The translations under genes were made by a program, and so were the position numbers. A model generated the notes under the pieces. It searched no databases and was not told the DNA's origin. It saw nothing but the letters and a program-made list of their open reading frames with translations. This document shows, piece by piece, positions 21,001-32,123 of a DNA stretch of 64,000 bases; positions within the stretch are counted from its first letter, which is position 1; each line of letters opens with the position of its first letter. Source of the DNA: Zancudomyces culisetae HAW-14-8 (lineage: Eukaryota > Fungi > Kickxellomycota). The stretch covers positions 1,178,001 to 1,242,000 of the forward strand of contig JBNJNM010000010.1 of NCBI GenBank assembly GCA_052426225.1, read 5' to 3'.

Positions 21001-22469
21001 ATCTTCTCATCATCACTCAGCTCAAGCCCTATACATTTTCCATTTGATTTTACCAAGCTTTTGTACACTTCGAAGCATTGGTCAATTGCATACGGATACG
21101 GGTGCTCAGGCGCTTTTCCATAATCCACACTTACAATTATCGCACCAGTTGTTTTTGCCCATTGCGAAAGATAGTCATCATGACATGGTGGGCTCATTGA
21201 GACATACCCTCCACCAGGATAGTCCAGAATGATCTTTTTAGTCTTTTTGTATTTTTCGATTGAATCAGCAAACATTATGTAACACAGTGCTGGCTTTGTA
21301 CCACTAAATCTTGTCAATGACGAGTCTTCAGAAAATATACCACCACTGTCACGCGACTCTGAAGACTTATTTTTACCCTCGATCCCAAAGCTCGGATCAT
21401 AATCTGTCCAATACTTTAGGTGCCACGGCTTGACCGCATTCTTCTGACAATGCATGTAATTTTTGCTAAAGCCGTTCCTTTCGTCAGGCAAGTACGTGCA
21501 AACACGTACATCGAGTTTTGGGGAACCACACCACCTTAAAAATCTCAAAAACGGATTATCCACTGGTTTCCCCCAAGATACGCGAAGATGTTCTGTAGTG
21601 ATTAGAGCTCTGAACTTTCTCGTTTTTTCCTCTGCGCTTCTCGGGTTTAGAAGGTAATAAAACGTGAACAGCATCGAAAATATATGTCTTAAGATCGCGG
21701 GCTTAAAATACATTGCTGTCCAGAACCCGGCATCCATTGCATTCAAAATATATGCTGCTCTAAAAAAGTTTCTCGAATAACTTTGCCTGAGCGGCTCAGG
21801 AGCTATTTGTAGTGTTTTATTTTAAGTATTTGCTTGGTGAGTATTTTCTTGACTTAGTGCTAACCCAGGCTTTTTGCATTATTTTCTCGCCTAATAACAT
21901 TTCTATATTTTTATCAAGAAATCGTATAACAATATTTTTGTTTAAAAATTACCGCTTATTCCTAGTATGTCATCACCATGCCTGACGATATGCACAAAAA
22001 CTGACCATACTACAAGTGCCTTCCAAATCGGTGTTTTACCTATTATATTATTGCATTTATATCCGTTTGCTTAGGATTTCTAACCGAAAAATACTTGCTA
22101 GGATGATAAAACAAACAAAAAACACGCACCTAGCCTTCTTTCTATGTTTTTTATAATACCAGGGGTTCTTTTCCTTCTGAGCACAAGGATTCTACAAAAA
22201 TAATATCACCTTTTCAAGTTAGTACTAACCCATACTAATTCACAAAGTAAATCTTATTTTTTAAAGGTTCACTATAGTGAGAAAGGTAAGTATAGGGTAA
22301 GGATAAAAACAAAAACCAAACGTTGATAGCAGGTGACTACAAGCAACTGTATCGGGAGGCAAAATACACAACAAAAGTTAACCGGATGTACTTACCCTAG
22401 AATAACAACTATTATCGCCTGCCACCTTCGAACCCTCACAGAAGGTCTTCCAAGAAAGTGTTCCAGCAT
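18033..22469 (-). CDS. Hormone-sensitive-lipase-like alpha/beta hydrolase (Abhydrolase_3). Exons 22469-22396, 22191-22130, 22039-21953, 21802-18033
   Basis: N-terminus MLEHFLGRPSVRVRRWQ typical of the fungal HSL-like family, PEPL..YS..FFRA..LNAMDAGFWTAM, oxyanion PGGG, nucleophile GDSAG, acid CGEKDPLVDD, His GMSHGF. All three introns keep the frame. Confidence 0.88.
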
Positions 22470-25343
22470 CCTTTTTTGTTCTTAGTTCCAGCTTTACCCT
22501 TATGTTTGTCGCTGTTTTGTTTTAATATATACCCGTTCCACTGTTAATATTTCTGCTATAAATTATCTTTAGATTAGCGAGTTCTTGACAGTTCGTAAAG
22601 ACCAACCAAGAAGAAAGTTTTAGTTCGTATTTTTCCGCGCTGCTCCGTATTTTACCGCTTCGGTAGAAAAAAATTTTTTTTTGCCTTAGCGCTCTGTTTG
22701 CATTTATTGTCGCTCCTACCTGCCTTTTATACTCAATCCTATTTTTTTTGGCGTGTTTTACAAGCAAAGAACACAAAACAAAAAATATGAATATAAACCA
22801 GCTTAGAAAAAAAAAAGATAAAAGAAACCAACTTTTGAGTTTTAATGTGGGATTTTGTTTGCCTAATTAGGTACAATCGAATTTTCACATTCCAGTCTCA
22901 TAAAAAAAAAAATAACCACTTACATGAAATAAACGACGACTCAAGCTCCAATATTTCTATTCCAGCCTCTATCAACTCCCCATTCATTCGGTACAACACT
23001 CACCAATAATCTGCTTTGGTATAAAGCACTTAACAAAAGCAATCAACTCTCAAATAATGATTTTCCCTTCCTATCCGGTACTTACTGGTGCTAACAACTA
23101 CATCTTCTCTTTAAAAGCTATGACAACAAATCTTTTACATCATTTTATCCTCTTTTAACCTAGAGCGGAATGTAAAAGAAGTTGTACTTGTTTGTTGAGA
23201 ACCTCAGAAAAAATATATACTGGTAAATATATTGAGCAAAAATCACATGGTGCGCTGGAAAATTGACTTCAGTTGCATTGCAGAAAAAATCACATTACTG
23301 GCTCGTGATAATTTGTGCAGTAGATAGGAATCATGTAAGTTTTTTTCACAAATGTTTGCATAAATGAACATGAAAAGCAAAGCCAAAAATCACAGCCATC
23401 CCTTCCTCTCCCCTGAGATCACTATTGCTGGAAGGACATTTCCCTCGTTATTTATAAACTGCTTTTTCATCGCCCTTTTCAGCGAATTATCAATGTTCTT
23501 CATGTGCAAGTAGATTGGCGGAAAAAACTTTTTATATACGAGGATTTTATTTCGGTAATATTGATTTTCAGATACATCTACATTGATATAAATCGCCATC
23601 TTTTTTTTCTAGTTCTCAACATTCTGCAACTCAAATTGTACCGCTCCCCCCTCCCCCCTCTCCTCCTCCTCCTCTTCTCCTCCTCTCCTCTTCATAGGAA
23701 CTAACCAAGGTTGCACAGTGTTTGAAAGGAAAGAAATAGCTGGCAAGTTAAAAATAATAACAGAAAAACTGATGATTTCTTGGAATGCGCTCAGAACATT
23801 CTTTAATTGACTCGAAAAAAAGCATGATACTTGTTAACTTTGTGTGAAGGGTCTCTCAACCCCTCATTCGCCATGTATTATTTTGAATTTGCATGTGAAA
23901 GTTTTAAAAGGTTTGAACTATTTCTTGTGATTATCATTTACTTGTTTTCGATGAAATTTTTACAAAATGCGCGTCAACAATATTGAGTAATGTTCGTAAC
24001 CATAATATAACAACTGAGAACCACAGAAACATTAAAAAAAACAACAGGTATTACAACACCTTTCAACTATAAATCTAGGTAATGCGTAGATGTACTTTTA
24101 GTATATACACCATTCATCCATAGCTGTCATTGTAGCTATACTAATATCAGATGATGCGATTTCAATGATTTTTTTGGGGAGAGAGACGAGAGAGGATGGT
24201 AAATGGAGAATAACATCAATTTTTGTGCATTTCTGGTATCTTTGCGTGTAAAGCTTCACTTAGGGGTACGAATAAGATGAACTCCAAATATTAGTGGTGT
24301 ATAAATAAAAAATCTGGAATTATATATTTTCTTGCCTAATCTGCTCCATCCCTCCAGTGCTCATAGCCCAAAAAAAAATGAAAATATACCAATACTTAGC
24401 TAAGCATTTTCATGTTAAAATTCAATTTGCCTATTTTTTGTAATCAGTAATTAATTTAGAGTATGTAATCAGAATTTATTTATTGTGGGTTTCTGTCAGA
24501 CTGGATTTTATTAGTAGAATATAAAAATAATTAGGTATTCAAAATATATAGGTGAAAAAAATTGTCCTCGCGACACCTGTTCTTCCCTTGTGAGTGCTTT
24601 TGTGAATATATTATATATATATGAATTTTTTTTTCTTTTTTCTTATATCTGTTTTATTATGTTTTTTTGTATCTTTTTATGTTGTAATATTATTAAAAAA
24701 CTTTGAGCATTGTTCAATCCTGTCAAAGTTAGGCATTATGCATGTTGAGAGGTGATTGTTAGCCAAACTCAATTGTTGAGAATAGGGTTAACATTTTGTC
24801 TAATACTTTTACTTTCCATAGGTGGAAAATAGTCGTACATAAAAACGACAGCATACTAGCGACTACTCCAATATTACATCATTTCCAGTCGAGTAGCCAA
24901 GTAAACTTGGTGAAAGTATAATCATTATTAACACTGATACAGTCTATTTGGGTTCATCTCCACTGCATTGTAGCATTTCAACATACAAAAATCCAACAGA
25001 TATTAACGATTTCATTTTATTTAATGGTTGTTCCTGGATGAGATAGCTCTTTCTTTTGTATGCTTCTTTTTTCTACAAAGATGAAATTTCATAATCATCA
25101 CAATTACGAAAAGAATACACCATGGAGATCAATGGTCTAAGCAACAAACCATGTAAAGGTTATGTTGATAGAGGTTTAAAAAATTGATCAAGAAAAAAAA
25201 AACGGACACATGGTTCAAAAGGTGATTTGCACACAAGATATACTTAGGTTTAAACATCTACACGTTTTATTAAATTAGAATTAGATGTGTGTTGGAATAC
25301 AAATGCTATATAAACAAAATAATCAACAAACTATTGCAAACAT

Positions 25344-26591
25344 CTATTCAGATGGGAAATTGCGAGAATACTCAACACGAAGCTTTCTACCATCAAATAC
25401 GGAATCGTTCAGCGAGTTGAAAGCTGATGTGGCAGATTCCTTATCATTGTAGTCAAAGTAACAGAAGCCACGTGGTTTTGTAGGATTGTCTCTGAATGTA
25501 GGAATAGAGACGTTCTTAACATCTCCATACTTTCCGGCCAACTTCTCCAAAGATTGCTTTGTTGTTGAAAAGCTAAGATTTTTAACAACGATGCTAAATG
25601 AAGGAGGGCGATCGGCTCTGTTGTTGTCATTACCATAACTGTTGTTTCTATTTCCACCATTAAAGTTGTTTCTGTTATTATAGTCGTTGGCTGGAGTCTT
25701 TCTTCCGTAATCAGTGTTGAGCTTAATTAGAACCTTGCGGCCCAAAATTTCACACTCAGACAGTGCAACAGCTTTTTCAGCCACCTCAACGGTTTCAAAA
25801 TCAACATATCCAAATCCTCTGATCAAGTTGGAGGTGTTATTGTTGTAGTTGTTGTTTTGTTTTGGCAAGGATACGCGTGTTGGATTTTCAATACCATTGG
25901 ATGTAAAGAATTCAATCACATCTTCTTGGGTTGTGTTGTACGAGAGATTTCCTATCCAGATCCCTGGCTGCTTTTCACTTTTGTAAATACTATCAGCGCG
26001 TTTATCGTTCTTCTTATCTGATTTTTGCTTCTTGTTTGTTTTTTCATTGTCCTCTGGAGACTCGCGCTTTCTGCTAACCTTTTGAGCGCTCTCGGCTTCA
26101 TCTTCATTCTTCTTATCCTCAGTTGCTTCTATACTACTTTCCTTGGTTTCATCTTCAGCCTTTTCCTCCTCTTCGTCAGCTTTTTTGCTGTCTGTATCCT
26201 TATTCTTCTTTTCTTTCTTCTTCTTATCCTTCTTCTTCTTGTCTTTCTTTGAATCGGAAGCATCGGCTGATGATACCTCAGCAACTTCGGGTTCAGAAGC
26301 ACTGGTGGTGCTGTCTTTTTCTACAGAACCTGTTTGTTCCTCAACTTTGACGCTATCAACCTCCATAGCAGTGTCTTGTTCTGCTTCCACCTTTTTGGCC
26401 TTTTGTTTTTTCTCTTTCTTTTCCTTTCTCTTGTCCTTCTTGTCTTTCTTTGAGTCTTGAGCGGCTTCGGTTTTTTCAACTGGGGCTGGTGAGGCTTCTG
26501 TGTTTACAACTTCTGGTGCAGCAGCTTCGCTGACCTTGACCTTGGCTTTTTCGGTTTGTTCTTTCTTGCTGGCCTTTTGTGATTTACCCAT
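25344..26591 (-). CDS. NOP13: Nucleolar two-RRM protein, Nop13-like
   Basis: Lys/Glu-rich N-terminus, RRM1 with GIWIGNLSYNTT and RGFGYVDF, RRM2 with IVVKNLSF and RGFCYFDY. The GxWIGNLS signature favours Nop13 over Nsr1/Nop12. Confidence 0.72.
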   Translation of the reverse strand: MGKSQKASKKEQTEKAKVKVSEAAAPEVVNTEASPAPVEKTEAAQDSKKDKKDKRKEKKEKKQKAKKVEAEQDTAMEVDSVKVEEQTGSVEKDSTTSASEPEVAEVSSADASDSKKDKKKKDKKKKEKKNKDTDSKKADEEEEKAEDETKESSIEATEDKKNEDEAESAQKVSRKRESPEDNEKTNKKQKSDKKNDKRADSIYKSEKQPGIWIGNLSYNTTQEDVIEFFTSNGIENPTRVSLPKQNNNYNNNTSNLIRGFGYVDFETVEVAEKAVALSECEILGRKVLIKLNTDYGRKTPANDYNNRNNFNGGNRNNSYGNDNNRADRPPSFSIVVKNLSFSTTKQSLEKLAGKYGDVKNVSIPTFRDNPTKPRGFCYFDYNDKESATSAFNSLNDSVFDGRKLRVEYSRNFPSE

Positions 26592-26775
26592 TTTGAAAAT
26601 ATATATATCTTACTTGCTTTTTTGCTGAGAGTGCGGGGTTTGGATAGAAACTTTATACGTTTGGATCCTTTTCTATTAAAGTATATTGCGATATGAAGCG
26701 TGGTCAACCGAAAATTCTAATAAATTAGCCCTGTTATTTGAATTGAACAATATTTTGCTGGTTAAATACTGTTGA

Positions 26776-26908
26776 TGAAAAAAAAATTTTTTTTATTTTT
26801 TGATGTGTTTTGAAAATTGATCTAATATTTTATTTACTTTGCAATGTCTTCTCAATACGCGTAGAATTAATATAAAAAAATTTTCAAAAAAAAAAAAATT
26901 TTTTTTTT
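26776..26908. promoter_or_regulatory. RRPE-like / A-tract-T-tract elements upstream of NOP13
   Basis: TGA9T8 (26776-26794), AAAAAAATTTTCA (26874-26886, TGAAAATTTT on the minus strand) and A13T10 (26886-26908). Confidence 0.5.
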
Positions 26909-27227
26909 GTACACCAGTCAGTAAGCTCTAACATTTTCGATATTTGTAAGAAAAAAAAAATCATGCAAAAAGTTTTCACGCAGGATTGGAGTTGCCACAG
27001 AATATAGTGGGATTATTCATGGTATTTTTATGTGAGAATTCCTTTTGTGTAGCTACGAGTTTTAATTTTCAACCAGCAATTTGTTTAGCAGCCAAATTTT
27101 AATAAAGAATAATAAATGGCAAAAAAAAAAAAGTAAAACATAATGAAGATATCTAACTAAATGGCATGTACCACAGTATTGTGAGAATAAAAGGTAATTT
27201 ACAACTAGGAAAAGCAACCATATAAAA

Positions 27228-29161
27228 TTAGTTTAGATGGACGGTGTACTGTAGCTTGTCGTTGCGAGACTGCGATTTTCTGGCATTAATGGATTGGTGG
27301 TTAAGCCTATTCGCTTTCTTTTCTTGGATACGAAGCTTTTTGGCGTCTTTAATTGCCTTTTTCCTGGCCTTTTTTTCCTCGGCGGTCTCGTTCTTGTTGC
27401 GAACACTAGCTGACCTGTCCCCAGTACCCTTGTTAACGTCATCATCATCATCATCATCCTCATCTTGATCTTCATCCTCATCATCGTCGCTATGGTTACC
27501 ATGGATATTATTTTGAAATCCATTCATACCAGTTGTATTTCTGCCATTAGATTCTTCAGAGATGACTGGGAAACCCATTTTGTTTACACTGATTCTAGTC
27601 TTCGACTCGTTTTTGTAAGAGTTTTTGATTAAGGTTGGGTGGTTATGAAGATTTGAATATGTAGAGACAATGCTTTCAACATCCCAAAGTGGTCTGCGAT
27701 ACGAAGTGGTCTCATTTTCAGCATTACTGAGCTTGATAGAATCGTAAACATGCTTGTTCGATGCTGATTGAGCAGCAGACTCCTCGTCCAGTGTGTCAAT
27801 AATCTGTTTTTTGGCTTGTGTTCTTTTTTTCTCGCTGTCTTTTGCATCATCCTCGTCAGAATCTGAAACCAACATGGCTTCTCGTACAGCCTTCAGCAAA
27901 TCTACACCATTTCTCACTATAGTCTTTTCCTTTCCGACTTGAATGCCAGACTTTTCTTTTTCGCTAGTAATAAATTCATCAATGACCATATCAAAAGCAG
28001 CTTTTGAGATGGCATTCTCGTCCTCATCATCGGACTCGCTGTCTGAATCTGCATACAGCTTTTCTACCTGATCAAACTGTTCATCCAGAAGCTTAAGCTT
28101 GTCGTTTCGGTGTAGAACGGATGAAGTCATTGAAAGGTGACTCCTAGCTGATCTCGCGCCTCCACGATAATTGCCATAGCCATTGCTACGTGCATAATTG
28201 CCAGATTCGGCATCTGATTCGGCTTCGGAACCGTATTCAGCTCCAGAGTCATCCTCAGAATCCGATCCTCGCTGCTGACTGTTGATTTTCATCCGCTGGA
28301 TCTTTTTATATATGCTTTCCTCGTCTTGATCATCAGATCCATATTCGTTATTCTCATCATAGTCATCGCTTTCATCTTCCTGTTCTTTACCATACTTATC
28401 AGTGTCAATCGGTTTATCTCCCCTCAACATATCAAAGAAGTCTTCATCATCTTCATCCTCAATCTCGTTTTCATTATACTCCAGTTCCTCCAACACCTCT
28501 CTGAGTTCTGGATCCATATCCAGTTGATATCCCTTTGGATATGCATCGCCCTTAATTTCCATCTTGTGTTTAGATTCGAAGACTTCGTCAGGCAGCGCAA
28601 AGCTAACTGACTTTTTCTGTTTCTGTTTTTTGTTATTTGAAGACGAAACTTCCAAAAACACCGAAGGCTCGGTACCGCCTCCGATGGGCTTCAGGTGCTG
28701 TAAATAGTCGTAATCCGTGTCATCAAAAAATATTCCCTGGTTTTCTTCTTCCTCTCTATTTTTTCCATGTTTGGAACCCTTTTGGGGCTTGTTTTTGGGC
28801 TCCAACACGCCGAAATCATCATAGTCTTCCAAACTCTTGGAAACAAAGTCATCGTCTTCATACTCTTCAGATTCGCTGTATTCTCCATAATTGTCTTGTT
28901 TCTATATAAAATAGTTTACAATAGTCAGAATATGATGTGTTTATGTGCTAATACACATTCCTGCTGCAATGCTGCTGCTGTGTGTGTGTGTTTTTTTTTG
29001 TTGTATTGTTTGAAACCTACCTCTTTGTTGTGATGGCTTGTAACTTCTTGCAAGACGTTGGGTCCGACTCCCTCTTCGAAGGCTAGTGGATCCTGCACCG
29101 ATCTCTTCAGGACCGTGAATTGTCTTGCCTTCTTCTTGTCTATAAACTTTTTCCTGACCAT
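27228..29161 (-). CDS. LTV1: 40S biogenesis factor Ltv1. Exon 1 29161-29021, intron 29020-28902, exon 2 28901-27228
   Basis: KKFIDKKKARQFTVLKRSVQDPL, GIFFDDTDYDYLQHLKPIG, SMTSSVLHRN..L.LLDEQFD, WDVESIVSTYSNLHNHP, ETAEEKKARKKAIK. Phase-0 intron. Confidence 0.93.
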
Positions 29162-29693
29162 TTTGTTTATTTGCCTCTAGTCCAATTCGCTTGAATTATC
29201 TGCAAGAAATGTATCAGCTTTTATCCACACTTTAAATCCTATACATTAAAAAAAAAATTTTTTTTTTCGGCTTTATTTTTTTTTTTCGATCAAAAAAAGT
29301 ATTAGAAAATTGGGTAGTTGAAACTGGAACTTTTTTTTTTACCATTTATTATAGCAACTATTAGCTCATACAAAATAAAAAGCCATTCAATTATATAGCA
29401 ACTAGATCATATTAATATCTACGCATTTATGAGTGTACATTTGTATATATTACTAGGGTTATAATTATATAAACCTTGAAATTAACTCTACACATTTACT
29501 TCTAACTTTTAGCTTGCTCAACTTTTAAATATCGTCTCAAGAATTCTTTACATACTACATTATAGCACTATTTCTTGGAAAGGGGTGAATAAAAAAAAAC
29601 AAAAAAAGTGATGATACACTATGGGTTACAAAGATACGCGCATCAGAAAATAATAATCACATCTACACCTACTCACTCGCCCACCCCTTCCCG

Positions 29694-29696
<3 letters not shown>

Positions 29697-29752
<56 letters not shown>
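29697..29752. repeat. (CA)28 microsatellite
   Basis: Read directly. Confidence 0.95.
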
Positions 29753-29756
<4 letters not shown>

Positions 29757-29832
29757 TCATTAGAGTATCTTTACCATTTACTTGTTCACTCCCACTTGCT
29801 TTTTGTCGCGATGCCTTCCTTCCCGACTCAAT

Positions 29833-30843
29833 TTACCCGCTAAAGCTCTGAGTCCAGTATCTATTAACATTTGCGTATCCGAAATATTTGTAATCCCCCA
29901 CCATATTTTGAAAGTGCCCAGGTGAGTGAACCCAGTCATTAAAGACTTGAGAAATGGATCCTTGTCCACGAGCCACATTCTCGCCGCCTGCAGTACAGTG
30001 CACGCCAAATACTGTATATCGCCTAAGAAGTCCTGGATAAATGCTGTTTTCGTGAGTGATCTTTTTGATTGAATACTGATACCTAGAGTGGAAGAGTGCG
30101 GCAGCCATCAAACCAGGGTTTATGGTAAGAGGTGGCTTGCCATACTTTGCGCGTAGGTTGTTTACCAAGTATAACATTTGATCCTTACCATCATTGGAAC
30201 TGGACTTGGTATAGCCATTGTATTTGGAGTTGGAGTTTGAGCTGAGTCCTTGAGAAACAGTGTATTGTGCTGTGTCTTTGTTTTTAGTTGCTGGAATGTA
30301 TACTATTTTTCTGTTTTTTGGTCTAGATTTGTCGTTGTGTGATTTGTTCCGATGGGTTCGAGTTTGAGTTCGAGGGTGTTGTTGTTTTTGTGACTTTTGT
30401 GGTTTATGATAACCAAAATTTGATACTTTTCCATGTTCGTGCCTTTTCTCTAGTAGTCTTGCTTCTTTACTATCGCTATTGTTGTTCTTATTATACTTAC
30501 CATGGTTACTATTTCTGGCATAGTAATGGCTTTCTTCATCGTCGCTGTTATCTTGAAAAGACTCAAAGTTAAAATAATGTTTGTTATTTCTATCATGTGT
30601 GTTGGTCGTATCGTCCGAAAAAGATCGATCAGCAAAAAAGCGTCCCATATCGCTGTTATCAATAGCATCACTTGTATCACCACCACTTGGAGCTTCTAGA
30701 GTTTGCGGAACTGGTGGATATTCAGAAAACGAATACTTGTGTAATGGGTACCGGTTTTTTTTACTCTCCAACCTATTTAGTGGGCTTCCTAGACAGAAAC
30801 AGGCTATAAGAACGATAGGAATGGATTTTGTGGCAGTGTGCAT
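29833..30843 (-). CDS. Secreted CAP/SCP (PR-1-like) domain protein, Cys-poor bacterial YkwD-like type
   Basis: Signal-peptide-like N-terminus, low-complexity linker with LEKR, C-terminal LVNNLRAKYGKPPL...AALFHS...ITH...GENVARGQ...VFNDWVHSPGHFQNM. Confidence 0.85.
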   Translation of the reverse strand: MHTATKSIPIVLIACFCLGSPLNRLESKKNRYPLHKYSFSEYPPVPQTLEAPSGGDTSDAIDNSDMGRFFADRSFSDDTTNTHDRNNKHYFNFESFQDNSDDEESHYYARNSNHGKYNKNNNSDSKEARLLEKRHEHGKVSNFGYHKPQKSQKQQHPRTQTRTHRNKSHNDKSRPKNRKIVYIPATKNKDTAQYTVSQGLSSNSNSKYNGYTKSSSNDGKDQMLYLVNNLRAKYGKPPLTINPGLMAAALFHSRYQYSIKKITHENSIYPGLLRRYTVFGVHCTAGGENVARGQGSISQVFNDWVHSPGHFQNMVGDYKYFGYANVNRYWTQSFSG

Positions 30844-32123
30844 TTTTTAATAACACCCTCTTTTTTTATAGTCTGGGTACCTATAATAATTGATTGTTAA
30901 TCTGAGATGGGGGAGGGGGGGGTAAGTGTGTATAATTGGTTTTCTTTTTTATGGAATGAGATTTTGGATTACTTGATGTTTCCAAAGAATGGGGAGGAGG
31001 AAGAGGGGTGCGAGGTTAAGTAAAAAGTTATTGTTTATATACTTTTTTTCTTTCAAGTATCACAACTTCATCTCTTTACTTTTGCACCTTGCTATATTAT
31101 TTTTTTTAATGTGTGGCTATTAAACCTTATATTTCTATTTCACTCTCTCCCCACACATACATTACATAAATATACAAACACAAATACATACAAATATAGT
31201 TGAAAAAAAAAACATTACTATCTTATTCTGGTATAGATGCACTTTTACATACCAATAATAATATTAATAATAATATTGGAGCTATATGTTATTTGATAAA
31301 GATGTACAGTCTAGTAGATACTTCAGAGACCGTAAAGACAAAGAAACAGTAAATCATACCTTCATCAGCACCAACTATGACCTCTCCTCCCCTCACCTCT
31401 CACCCATCCTTCTTTCCATTACCCAAGCGGTGAATATTAAAACTCATGTTTGTGGTTAAGGGACTCTACCATAAAGAAAAACATATTAATAACGTAATTA
31501 CTTCTCTCTTTTGTGTTGAGAATGTAGGCTAGGGAAAAATAAAAAAAGAACATATAGACCAAAGTACCTGTTAATCATGGAGATCATCAAGAAATGTTAT
31601 TTACAACATATAGTGGAGTATCAGTTTAGTGAATAAGCTTTGCGATGCGAGGTGGGATAAGGTGGGAGGTGTGTTAAAAGTTAAGGGTAGAGAGTGGAGA
31701 AGAGTGAGTTTGATTTTTGAAGTGAAAAACAGTTTTTATACCACTTATAACAAACTCATTCCAAAAGTGGGGGGGAGGGAGGGAGGGAGGGAGAGGAGAG
31801 GTGAAATATATATTTTGAGAATAAAGATTAAACGAGTTAATTAGACCAAGAAAAAAAGAGACAGTTTTTTTTGTGGGATAGCGTTGCTTTATTGATTTTA
31901 AGGATCTAAAAATAAGAGTAAAAGAATTAGCTCCTGTGGTTTGATGAGTAATGTATAGGTATAACTAAATATACATATACATATACAAATATTGTAAAAA
32001 AGAAAAAGAGGAGTATAATATCGAATAGCAAAATTAAGAGCAAGAGAAATAAAGTATGGAAGGAGAAGGGAGAAAAAAAATAAATAAAGTATCAAGTGAA
32101 ATAGACCAAATGAGGAATATCTT

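Noticed and set aside
23390-23599. 69-aa minus-strand ORF ending in TGA, considered as an exon or selenoprotein because some early-diverging fungi use Sec
   Set aside because: No CxxU or other known selenoprotein motif, no convincing SECIS, no homology recognised.
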